Origin: Polyangiaceae bacterium
GTDB lineage: Bacteria > Myxococcota_A > Polyangia > Polyangiales > Polyangiaceae
Direction: 5' to 3'
Length of the DNA: 64,000 nt
Assembly: GCA_044376115.1 (NCBI GenBank)
Contig: JBILLK010000013.1
Coordinates: 128,001 to 192,000, forward strand
The notes beneath the pieces were generated by a model that ran no database searches, was not told where the DNA came from, and was given only the letters and a program-made list of their open reading frames with translations. Shown here piece after piece: positions 1 to 8,305 of this stretch (its first letter is position 1; each line of letters begins with the position of its first letter). The translations under genes were made by a program, and so were the position numbers.

Positions 1-392
1 TTGCCCTCACGAAAGCGGACCTTGTCCCCCGCAAGGAGTGCCAGCCCGTCGTATTCGTGGTCTTCGCCGAGGACGGCGTGCTCCATCTCCAGGTGCCCGC
101 CCCACGCCGTGAAGACGAGCTCCGATGCGGCTGGGAAGGTGAGGCCCTCGAGCACGGTCTCCTGCGACAGGGTGATCGACGCGATGCGGTCGTTCTTGAA
201 CTTCACCTGCGACCCGGCGGCCAGCGTTAGCCCCGGGATCGGCGTGGCAGCTGTCGTGAGCTCGATGCGATCGCGGTCGAGCGCCTTGAAGCTCGTCTCA
301 GGAAAGAGCTGGCGATCTCCCATGCAGCCCGGCAGCAGCGTGAGCGAACCGAGCAGGAGCAGAGCGGCGAGAAACGTCTTCGTAGTGTGCAT
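1..392 (-). CDS. Putative lipoprotein (partial, runs off left edge)
   Basis: Not in ORF track; read by hand from ATG at 392: MHTTKTFLAALLLLGSLTLLPGC (lipobox LPGC), open to the window edge with GC-rich third positions. Confidence 0.75.
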   Translation of the reverse strand, partial: MHTTKTFLAALLLLGSLTLLPGCMGDRQLFPETSFKALDRDRIELTTAATPIPGLTLAAGSQVKFKNDRIASITLSQETVLEGLTFPAASELVFTAWGGHLEMEHAVLGEDHEYDGLALLAGDKVRFREG

Positions 393-404
393 GGCGCAGC
401 CCAT

Positions 405-420
405 CGCAAGCGACGTGCCG
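405..420 (-). promoter_or_regulatory. Candidate sigma54 (-24/-12) promoter
   Basis: Minus strand CGGCACGTCGCTTGCG matches TGGCACG-N4-TTGC with exact GG-N10-GC spacing; predicted +1 is ~2 nt before ATG 392. Confidence 0.5.
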
Positions 421-552
421 CTGGATTCACAGCGGTCTTCGCCTGCCCGTACGCGCGGCCGTGTCCTCGAGGACACGGCCCGAAGGGCGACATCGTGTCC
501 TCGCAGTCCCGACGAGCCCGCACGTTACAGCGTTGGATGAGCCATCGCTCGG

Positions 553-1704
553 TCAGAATTGGTGAAGGATGGGGACGCCGTCGGACTCCATCAGCACTCG
601 CCTGGTTCGTTTGGAGATCGCCGAGGGGAATTCGCCTTCGAATCGGGCGATCTCCGCTCGGCTCCCAGCATCGATCACCACCACGTCTCCGTAGTGTTCC
701 TCACGGAATGCAACCAGACTGCCATCCTCACTGATTCTGGGCGATTCACCTCGGATTCGATGCACCACGCCCACGTTCGTATCGACGAGGGCGAACCCGC
801 GGCGAAGTCGCACGACGGCTCGCCCCCCTGCGAACCCGAACACATCCGTAAGGTCGGAGTCCCACGACGCGTTTCCCAGAAGAGGTTGCGCGTCGCCGCA
901 CAGGTCGACGACTGCGTACCCGCGCTCCCCCGTCACAAAGAAGCGCCCGTCGCGAGAATGGCTCCGGTTGTAGTCGTGTCCGTCAGGAGTGACCCAAAAC
1001 TTCCCGCCGTACAGCCATCTGGTGCCTTGGGAGGTAGTCTCGTAGGCGAGCCCGTGGCCGCGCTCGCCTACGCGGTCGTCTGTGGCCGCGTACGACCCTG
1101 GAGCCAAGAAGTGTGGTCGCCCAACCCCGTCGAGGAGAGGCTGGATACGGCGAGACGCAACGCGACGGAAACCATCCCTGCGGCTGTACCATCGCTCCCC
1201 ATCTTTTGCATAAACGACCAACGAATCGCCGTTGGCAACGGCGCCTCTAATGTTCTCCCCAGCGACCGTGCCCAAGACGCGTAGCCGCTCGTCGAGCCAG
1301 AACACTTGCGCGGAGTTCTTGGCGAGCACGGTCTCCGCATCGTCGCTCAAGTAGAAAGAAGTGCCTAGCTCGCGCAACCCGGGAATCCCAGGGCCAGCGG
1401 TCGCGGTCGTGCTCTCCTGCGCCGTGCTCCAGTTGTCCACCAAGTCATCGGAAGTTGGACGCGAACCACCGCAGCGGCCGCCTTCGGCAAAGGGATCGAT
1501 GCTGGTGGCCTGTACGCTCGCTGTGGCTGACGCGAGAACGTTGGCAGAGCTCGAAGCCACGCTGTTCAGCGCGTTTGGCGACTCGCTGATCGGGCCAGAC
1601 GCACAGGCAGCAAGCCCGAGGCAAGCTAGTACCACGAATGGGCCGCAGAGCCTCTGCGTGCGCGAAGTGGGGGCGATACGATCGCCGCGGTTTGCTGTCC
1701 TCAT
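553..1704 (-). CDS. Putative lipoprotein, possible beta-propeller-like C-terminal domain
   Basis: 3' part of ORF 553..2004; signal peptide with lipobox LAAC, Ser/Ala linker; start placed at MRTANRG (uncertain). Confidence 0.6.
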   Translation of the reverse strand: MRTANRGDRIAPTSRTQRLCGPFVVLACLGLAACASGPISESPNALNSVASSSANVLASATASVQATSIDPFAEGGRCGGSRPTSDDLVDNWSTAQESTTATAGPGIPGLRELGTSFYLSDDAETVLAKNSAQVFWLDERLRVLGTVAGENIRGAVANGDSLVVYAKDGERWYSRRDGFRRVASRRIQPLLDGVGRPHFLAPGSYAATDDRVGERGHGLAYETTSQGTRWLYGGKFWVTPDGHDYNRSHSRDGRFFVTGERGYAVVDLCGDAQPLLGNASWDSDLTDVFGFAGGRAVVRLRRGFALVDTNVGVVHRIRGESPRISEDGSLVAFREEHYGDVVVIDAGSRAEIARFEGEFPSAISKRTRRVLMESDGVPILHQF

Positions 1705-1803
1705 AGGCCGACCCATAAAGCGCCATTCACTTTGCGTCGAGGACGAGCTGCTCGGAGGGCACGCGAATCGCGCCCAAATAGAGCTTGAACGAACGACCGG
1801 ACG

Positions 1804-1977
1804 GACCACGCAGCGGTCGAGATCGAACGGCCCGGCGGGAGCGTGCAGCTCCATGTTTGGGAAGGCATGGTCCACGTCTTCACCTCGAGCATCACCACCC
1901 TCGAGGCTGCTCGCAGCGCCATGACCGACAGCGGCGGCTTTCTCGCCAAACACCTGCGCGCTGCAACAAATGCTTAG
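1804..1977 (+). pseudogene. C-terminal remnant of an HSL-type alpha/beta hydrolase (esterase)
   Basis: Reads ...GGSVQLHVWEGMVHVFTSSITTLEAARSAMTDSGGFLAKHLRAATNA*, resembling the catalytic-His segment (W.GM.HVF) and final helix of HSL-family hydrolases; no start or N-terminal domain. Confidence 0.6.
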
Positions 1978-2053
1978 CAAGAAGCTCATCGATCGACGGC
2001 CCAAGGGCTAGGACCTCGAACTGCACGACCTCGCCCGCGCACGGGATCGAGGC

Positions 2054-2142
2054 TCGAACTGGACGTTTTGTTGAGAAAGGGCGCCGATCGCCTAGGGATG
2101 GGTGGCTGAATTCAACAAAACGTCCAATTCGAGGTCCCATCC
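2054..2142. repeat. Palindromic repeat family A, copy 1
   Basis: TCGAACTGGACGTTTTGTTGA (2054-2074) pairs with TCAACAAAACGTCCAATTCGA (2112-2132); diverged inverted copy at 5362-5450. Confidence 0.85.
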
Positions 2143-2225
2143 AAGCGCCCGGCGCGCCACCCTGCGCAGGGGCTGCGCGGGCTCTTGGGCTATCGGCGGC
2201 GGAGGCTCCACGTGCTCGCTCAGGC

Positions 2226-2612
2226 TCACTGCGGCTGCTTGAGCGCGGTGACCTCGATCTCGATCTTCATCCGAGGGTCTGCAAGGCCTGCTGAGATCAT
2301 CATCGCGGCGGGCCTGATCGTGCCGAAGTACTTCTTCAGCACCGGCCAACATTGGGGGAACTCACTGGCATTGGGCAGCACGTAGGTGACCCGGACCACG
2401 TCGTTGAGGCTTGAACCTGCTTGCTCGAGCGCGGCCGCGATGTTCCTTAGACACTGCTCAGTCTGGGCCTCGAGACCGTCCGATATGGTCATTGTTGTGT
2501 AGTCGAATCCAGTCGTTCCGGAGACGAATACCCAATCGCCTTGAACGACGGCTCTGCTGTAGCCGATCTCTTCTTCAAAGGTTGAGCCCGAGCTGATGAG
2601 GACGCGTTTCAT
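2226..2612 (-). CDS. RidA/YjgF/YER057c/UK114 family protein
   Basis: IGYSRAVVQGDWVFVSGTTG, RPAA, KIEIEVTA motifs; 128 aa. Confidence 0.92.
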   Translation of the reverse strand: MKRVLISSGSTFEEEIGYSRAVVQGDWVFVSGTTGFDYTTMTISDGLEAQTEQCLRNIAAALEQAGSSLNDVVRVTYVLPNASEFPQCWPVLKKYFGTIRPAAMMISAGLADPRMKIEIEVTALKQPQ

Positions 2613-2694
2613 CGGTCCTTTATAGTGCGCCGCTGTGCTGAGCGAAAGTTACACCGCTCCATCGCGAAGCGCGGATCGAAGGCGCCATTGCGCG

Positions 2695-3063
2695 CTATTC
2701 CCCGCGGGTGGTCGGCAGGCCCGCGGCCCACCACGCGAGCATCCCTCCGGCGAGCTGGCGCGCATCGACGAACCCACGTTCGCGGAGGGCGCGCACGGCC
2801 GGGATGCTGCGATGCGCGGACAGACAGATGCAAACGACCAAACGGCCCGGCTCGAGCCCCAACGCTAGCGGGTCACGCTCGAGATCTCCCATCCGCGTGT
2901 GGTTGGCGCCATCGATCCGGCTGAGCGCCCACTCGCTCCGCGTCCGCACGTCCACGAGCTGTGGCGAGGGGGAGCGTTCGAGCGCGGCGGCGAGCTCCCT
3001 TGCTGGGATCTCGGCGACGGAGCCGAACGGGAGCCGCTTGGCGAGTTGACCGAGGAGCGACAT
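2695..3063 (-). CDS. Rhodanese-like domain protein
   Basis: LVDVRT..EW, C-L-S-A-H-R-S active-site loop, LAGGMLAW. Confidence 0.9.
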   Translation of the reverse strand: MSLLGQLAKRLPFGSVAEIPARELAAALERSPSPQLVDVRTRSEWALSRIDGANHTRMGDLERDPLALGLEPGRLVVCICLSAHRSIPAVRALRERGFVDARQLAGGMLAWWAAGLPTTRGE

Positions 3064-3099
3064 GACTCGTCGATGCTACAGGATTGTACTGCCACCCAA

Positions 3100-3933
3100 T
3101 CAACGCGCGCGGTCGGGGACGGCCCAAGGGCAGCGACCGGCAGGCGCGTCCGACGCCCAAGCGCGCAGCGCGTCTCCCGCGATGGGTGGGCCGTGACCCA
3201 CGTAGGCCACGCGGATATCGGCGCACGCGGCGATGTCTCGCGTGAAGCCCTCCGCTGCCGCGGTGCCCTCCTCGACCGGGTGCTGATGATAGAGGTGCGT
3301 CGCGGGCGTCCCGGCGTCGACGAGCCCTGCGAGCCAGCCACTGCGCACGAGGTCTCCGAGCACGACGACGCCGTTCTCGAGGTGAACGATCAAAGAGCCC
3401 GGCGTATGGCCGCCTGCGTGCATCACCTGCCCCGCAACGCCGTAAGCGCGGAGGTCGAACGGCGCGTCCCCCGCCATCACGAGCTCGGGCTCCAGCGCGG
3501 GAAAGGTCGAAGGGACGAAGAGCTGCACGAGGACCGCCTCGAGGTTGGTTGCGAACAAAGCGCCGTGATCACCGGCGCGCAACATGCCTGCGTCGCCCTC
3601 GTGAACGAGCACCGGAACCCCGAGCTCCTGAAAGGCGCGCGCGTTTCCCGCATAGTCCGAGTGGGCGTGAGTTAGCACGACGATGGCAAGCTCGTTCGGG
3701 TCGACCCCAGCCGCTCGAAGCGCTGCGGCGACATCGTCGAACGAGCCTTCGGGCCCCGTATCCACGAGGATCGGCCGCTCCCCGCGGATCAACGTCACGT
3801 TGTAGAGACCGCCGATCTCAAGCAGATCGACGCCGGGATTCATCGGTTCCGGCGTGACCGGCACGCGTTGGGTTGCGGTGGAGCAGCCCAGTCCGCTAGC
3901 AACGATAATGAGGCTGGCGACAAGGCTCCGCAT
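3100..3933 (-). CDS. MBL-fold metallo-hydrolase, lipoprotein
   Basis: Lipobox GLGC; LVDTG, THAHSDY (variant of HxHxDH), GHTPGS, GD, GHG. Confidence 0.85.
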   Translation of the reverse strand: MRSLVASLIIVASGLGCSTATQRVPVTPEPMNPGVDLLEIGGLYNVTLIRGERPILVDTGPEGSFDDVAAALRAAGVDPNELAIVVLTHAHSDYAGNARAFQELGVPVLVHEGDAGMLRAGDHGALFATNLEAVLVQLFVPSTFPALEPELVMAGDAPFDLRAYGVAGQVMHAGGHTPGSLIVHLENGVVVLGDLVRSGWLAGLVDAGTPATHLYHQHPVEEGTAAAEGFTRDIAACADIRVAYVGHGPPIAGDALRAWASDAPAGRCPWAVPDRAR

Positions 3934-4021
3934 CGCTCTGGAGTCTACGCCCCGCGGGGTTATCTGGGTACGTGTTCGCCGTCGAGCAGCTCTCCACGGG
4001 CGATATGCTAGCGTCGCGACG

Positions 4022-5287
4022 ATGGAGCTCCCGAGCGCCCCGCAGCTTAGCTATCCGGGTTCGCGCGTGCTTGCGCTGCTCCTGACGGCCTGCACGACGC
4101 CCCCAGCAGCGGAGCAGCCGCCCACCGTTTCTACGCCGTTGCAGTCCGCGAGCACGCAAGCACAAGCTCCCACTGCGACGCCTCAAGAGCCGGCCTTCGT
4201 CACGCTGCGCCTCGGCCCCGCTGCGCGTTGGTTCGCGGCGACCCCATTCGTGATGGATGGGCTGGGCAGCCGCTGGCCCGCGACCAACGTCGTCGAGGGG
4301 ATCTGCGTACCGCACCCAACCCGCACCGACGCTTGCTGGGCGCTGGGCCCCGAAGGAAGCCAGCTCGTCACCTGGGCGCCTCTCGAGGGGCCGCAACCTC
4401 CGCAGCGCGCGCAGGTAAGGCAAGACCCTTACCTCGACGAAGCCGACGTAGACGACCTTCTTCGGCAGCCGCGTACGATCTGCACCATCACCGAGAGCGG
4501 GACCGACATCCTGCGCCTATGCGACAGCTACTCGCGCAACGGCCCACCGAGCGGATTTCGCGTCGAGCGCATCGGCGAGGACGGTTCGGCGATCCCCGAG
4601 CGCGCGTTCTCGTGGACGAACGAGGCTGCGTGGCCTTTCCGCGCGAGCCTTCCAGCAGGCATTCTCGCGTTCCATGGTAGCTGCGCAGGGCAACGCAGCG
4701 ACGAACGAGTGTGCGTTCGCAATCGCGGAGGCGACTACGAAGAGCTGCTGGTGCCGCGTCCCCTCCCCTCCAACGCCATGGCCGATACGCCGCTTAGCGC
4801 CGACGGGAAGATGGAGGTGGTGGCCTGGATCCCGGGAGACGACGAGGCGTTCACCATCGTCCTCGCGCGCGCACGCCGGTCGGTCGTCTTCACGCGGGGA
4901 GACGCGCAGCGCATCGACAAGGAGCTCAGCGCGAAGCTGCACGTCAAGCTGTCCGAACGCTATCGATCGTGTGAGCTGGCCTCGCTCCAGGGTGGCGTGC
5001 TCCGTTACCTATGCCGGTGGCAACGTGCCGCCGCTGCCATCGAACTCGATCTCGCGGACAAGTCGCTGCGCGTGGAGCCTGCGCCGTTCGCGGAGGGCGA
5101 AAGCCCGTTCGGCCTGCGAGTCACAGAGACCGGCAGCGTGCTGGAGTCCGTTGACGGCTGGAAGACCTGGCGCCCCGTCGAGGGCCCGCCGCAAAAGCCC
5201 GCCCCCGAGCCGACGCTGCGCTGTCATCGCATGGGCTGTCGGCTAGGCGATTGGGTGCGATTGGGCTGGGGGCCCTCCGTTAAGTAG
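4022..5287 (+). CDS. Hypothetical lipoprotein
   Basis: Signal with LTAC lipobox, Pro/Thr linker; TAGCGT box 7 nt before ATG 4022. Confidence 0.65.
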   Translation: MELPSAPQLSYPGSRVLALLLTACTTPPAAEQPPTVSTPLQSASTQAQAPTATPQEPAFVTLRLGPAARWFAATPFVMDGLGSRWPATNVVEGICVPHPTRTDACWALGPEGSQLVTWAPLEGPQPPQRAQVRQDPYLDEADVDDLLRQPRTICTITESGTDILRLCDSYSRNGPPSGFRVERIGEDGSAIPERAFSWTNEAAWPFRASLPAGILAFHGSCAGQRSDERVCVRNRGGDYEELLVPRPLPSNAMADTPLSADGKMEVVAWIPGDDEAFTIVLARARRSVVFTRGDAQRIDKELSAKLHVKLSERYRSCELASLQGGVLRYLCRWQRAAAAIELDLADKSLRVEPAPFAEGESPFGLRVTETGSVLESVDGWKTWRPVEGPPQKPAPEPTLRCHRMGCRLGDWVRLGWGPSVK

Positions 5288-5361
5288 GAATGCGCGATCC
5301 ACTCGGGGCCGCGCGGGCTAGCGTGCGGTCGCCGACAACGCGGCGCGCTCCACCAACGTGA

Positions 5362-5450
5362 GGATGGGACCTCCAATTGGACGTTTTGTTGAATTCAAGC
5401 GCCCATCCCCGCCCGATGGGCCTCCTAAGTCAACAAAACGCCCACTTCGA
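5362..5450. repeat. Palindromic repeat family A, copy 2 (inverted relative to copy 1)
   Basis: GGATGGGACCTCCAATTGGACGTTTTGTTGAATTCA...TCAACAAAACGCCCACTTCGA is the reverse complement of 2054-2142 with some substitutions. Confidence 0.85.
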
Positions 5451-5957
5451 CCGCCGATCCCCCGTGCCCCGCTGGCGCCGCGCTCGAACCAGCGTGATGG
5501 CGAGGCCTAGGACGATTCCGCCGTACGCCCCCACGTGGAGTCCCCACGCCAGGAGGTAGCGCGTGCAGGCGGCCTGGGTCAGCGAACCGGCGCTCGAGGA
5601 GCGCACATCGAACGGATCCGAGACGACCATGGTGAGTGCGCTGGCTGGGAGAGTGACGATCAGCGCGAGCAGGATTGGTGCGAGCCAGCCGCGCCACACG
5701 TGTCGCTGCGTCCTACTTGCGTAGATCAGGCCCAGCCCCGAGACGAGTGCCCCGAGCGGCAGCGCCGAGCGGAAGCCGAGCCACGCTACCCGCAGTCGTA
5801 GCGCATCCTCCGGGAGACCCTTGCCGAGGGTGAAGTAGTCGGGAGAAATGGAGACAGTGACCTGGTCGAACCCCGCTCCGAGCAAGCCGGCCAGTGCGGC
5901 GCCGAGCAGGAGAACCGAATACGACCAAAGGCGAGAGCGCTTGATACTGGACCTCAA
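5430..5957 (-). CDS. Hypothetical membrane protein (~4 TM)
   Basis: Several hydrophobic segments; DQVTVSISPDYF motif; TTG start uncertain; stop codon lies inside repeat A copy 2. Confidence 0.7.
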   Translation of the reverse strand: MRSSIKRSRLWSYSVLLLGAALAGLLGAGFDQVTVSISPDYFTLGKGLPEDALRLRVAWLGFRSALPLGALVSGLGLIYASRTQRHVWRGWLAPILLALIVTLPASALTMVVSDPFDVRSSSAGSLTQAACTRYLLAWGLHVGAYGGIVLGLAITLVRARRQRGTGDRRSKWAFC

Positions 5958-6011
5958 GCGACGAGGCCGGTCGCTTGTTCCGAGGTTCTATCTTTCCGGT
6001 CGACGGAGGGC

Positions 6012-6353
6012 AGCGAAGGTTCCCGAGGGAGCTGCGCTAGGCCCCGTGGGTTACTTCGCTAAAGGTGAGGTTTTGTTCGCTAGACGGATGGCTCACACGC
6101 AGGCGCGCTCGAAAAGCGCGGCAAATTGGGCCAACATCAAGGTAGCCACGCGCATCCGCCCTCGCGAATGCGAAGTAAACCCCAGGAGCTAACGCAGCTC
6201 CCCCGGTTTACTTCGCAATGGCTCCGGCAACTCGAGCGAATGCGAAGTAACCCTGGAGCTAACGCAGCATGCACGCCGGCGGCCATACGCCGGGCTCTTG
6301 GGATAACGGGTTATCGGAGTCATTGCGAAGTAAACCGGGGGAGCTGCGTTAGC
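6012..6353. repeat. Composite palindromic repeat family B, cluster 1
   Basis: Hairpin units (T/A)GCGAAGTAA(A)CC..GGAGCTAACGCAGCTCC..GGTTTACTTCGC(A/T) at 6012-6060 (degenerate) and 6169-6217, half unit 6241-6268, inverted half unit 6300-6353; ~250 bp shared in direct orientation with 7954-8259. Confidence 0.9.
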
Positions 6354-6437
6354 GAACGGCGCGTCCCCCGCCATCACGAGCTCGGGCTCCAGCGCGGGAA
6401 AGGTCGAAGGGATGAAGGGCTGCAGGAGGACCGCCTC
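6353..6437 (-). pseudogene. 85-bp duplicated internal fragment of the MBL gene (3456-3540)
   Basis: By-hand alignment: 82/85 identical to 3456-3540, same orientation. Confidence 0.9.
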
Positions 6438-6586
6438 TAGAAGTTCGGGAAGGTCGGCAATGCTTCCAGCGATTTGTTCGAGGTCGGCTGTGTCGTGCTC
6501 CCAGCGGAAGACCGCCTCCCGCTTGCGTTGGACCCGGGATCACCATCGACGGAGCGGCGCCGGCTGCCTACATTCAGCGTCTCGAA

Positions 6587-7540
6587 ATGGTGGACCTTGC
6601 CCGACGACGCGTGTGCCCGTGGCTCTTCCTTTGCGCACGCGCGGCCTTTGCGGCGGCGCTTTTTCTAAGCGCGAGCGCCGTCGCGACGAGCTGCAAGGGG
6701 CGCACGCTTGAAGATCTCTTGGGCCCAAAGGAAGGCGACGCGTGCAGCACGTACGAGGGTAACTGCACCAGCCCCAACAGTCTGATCGTTTGTGTGGACG
6801 GCAAGTACATCGCACGCAAATGTTCGGGACCGCAGGGCTGCATCACGGATGATACGGCGCACACGAGCTCGTGTGATTGGGAGGCGGATCTCGTGGGAAC
6901 GGCCTGTGCTGCATCCGAGGCGAACGAAGCGGCATGCGTGTCCAGCGACCAAGCCATCCTTCAGTGCACGAGCGGGACAATGAAGCTGACCGGCTGCGAG
7001 GGACCGCGCAAATGCGAGGAGACTGCGAACAAAGCGGTTATCTGCGACGCGTCGATCGGCACGGTGGGTGCGCCGTGCACGTGGGAAGGCGGGCCCTCTT
7101 GCGCCAAGGATGGCAAGACCGTGCTTACGTGCACACACGGCGCCTTCGTAGAGACCAAGCAATGCAAAGGGCCGAAGGGCTGCCAGGCCTTTGCCGAAGG
7201 CAACGCGTGGCGCGTCGAGTGTGACCACTCGGTCGCCGAGGTGGGGGATGTCTGCACGGGCGTGGGCTCGACGTGTTCGATCGACAAGAAGGCCGTGTTG
7301 GACTGCAAAGAGGGACGGTTCGTCCACCAGTACAAATGTTTGGGCGAGCTGGGATGCCATCGGCTCGATGGGCTCACGTGTGACAACTCGCGAGCGGACG
7401 TGGGAGATCCTTGTAAGGGTGAGGAGACGGCGGTCTGCTCTGTCGACAAGAAGGCGCGGCTCCGATGCAGGCAGGGAGCCTACGTCCTGGAGCGCAAATG
7501 CACCTGCTCAGTCGAAGGCGGCCTCGTGAACTGCACGTGA
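6587..7540 (+). CDS. Secreted/lipo Cys-rich repeat protein
   Basis: Five ~50-aa repeats with G..C, C..G, C.GP.GC pattern after a hydrophobic leader ending in ATSC; start uncertain. Confidence 0.8.
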   Translation: MVDLARRRVCPWLFLCARAAFAAALFLSASAVATSCKGRTLEDLLGPKEGDACSTYEGNCTSPNSLIVCVDGKYIARKCSGPQGCITDDTAHTSSCDWEADLVGTACAASEANEAACVSSDQAILQCTSGTMKLTGCEGPRKCEETANKAVICDASIGTVGAPCTWEGGPSCAKDGKTVLTCTHGAFVETKQCKGPKGCQAFAEGNAWRVECDHSVAEVGDVCTGVGSTCSIDKKAVLDCKEGRFVHQYKCLGELGCHRLDGLTCDNSRADVGDPCKGEETAVCSVDKKARLRCRQGAYVLERKCTCSVEGGLVNCT

Positions 7541-7622
7541 GGTTCAGCCGGGAGGTGGTTGTCGCACGTGCTGGCCTTGCGTGCGAGGCTCGCTGCGGTC
7601 ACCCTCCGACCCGGAGGCCACG

Positions 7623-7904
7623 ATGGCGAAGGCAACTTGGAACGGCGTGACGATCGCCGAGTCGGATACGTACGAGACGGTGGAGGGCAACATCTACTTC
7701 CCGCCGAGCGCGCTCAAGCGTGAGCTCTTGCGACCGAGCGAAACGCACACGACGTGCTCGTGGAAGGGTGTGGCGAGCTACTACGACATCGAGGTTGAGG
7801 GGAAGACGAACAAAGACGCTGCCTGGTTCTACCCCGCGCCCAAAGACGCCGCCGCGAACATCAAAGGGTTCGTCGCGTTTTGGAAGGGCGTGAAGGTAGA
7901 GTGA
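7623..7904 (+). CDS. DUF427 domain protein
   Basis: VEGNIYFPP, TCSWKGVASYY, AAWFYP, VAFWKGV; GGAGG RBS upstream. Confidence 0.92.
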   Translation: MAKATWNGVTIAESDTYETVEGNIYFPPSALKRELLRPSETHTTCSWKGVASYYDIEVEGKTNKDAAWFYPAPKDAAANIKGFVAFWKGVKVE

Positions 7905-7953
7905 GTTGCGCCAGTCCCCAGGGCAGGATGCAGGTCGACTTTCTCGGCTAGCG

Positions 7954-8259
7954 AGCGAAGTAACCCGAGGGAGCTGCGCTAGGTCCCGTGGGTTACTTCG
8001 CTAAACGGGAGGTTTTGTTCGCTAGACGGGATGGCTCACGCACAGGCGCGCTCGAAAAGCGCGGCCAATTGGGCCAATATCAAGGTAGCCGCGCGCATCC
8101 GCCCTCAGCGAATGCGAAGTAAAGCCCGGGAGCTAACGCAGCTCCCCCCGGTTTACTTCGCAATGGCTCCGATAACCCGTGCGAATGCGAAGTAAACCCC
8201 AGGAGCTAACGCAGCTCCCCCCGGTTTACTTCGCAATGGCTCCGATAGCCCGTTATCCC
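7954..8259. repeat. Composite palindromic repeat family B, cluster 2
   Basis: Hairpin unit 7954-8002, shared ~105-bp spacer, then two tandem hairpin units with ~73-bp period; lies between convergent genes. Confidence 0.9.
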
Positions 8260-8305
8260 GATAGCGACAGCCGTTAGGGCACACACGCAGGGGCGCGGAC
8301 AACCT

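Noticed and set aside
6258..6353. GCTAAC...GTTAGC as an integron attC site
   Set aside because: Does not fit RYYYAAC/GTTRRRY, arises from the inverted half-unit, no integrase and no cassette array
8030..8102. Spacer resembles a c-di-GMP-I riboswitch (TCACGCACAGG, GAAA loop, AGGTAGC)
   Set aside because: Core GGCAAA and GACGCAAA elements are missing and it is embedded in a repeat; needs an Rfam search to revisit
6012..8259. Family-B hairpins as a CRISPR array
   Set aside because: Only 2-3 units per cluster, units ~49 bp, intervening sequences are conserved rather than unique spacers, no cas genes
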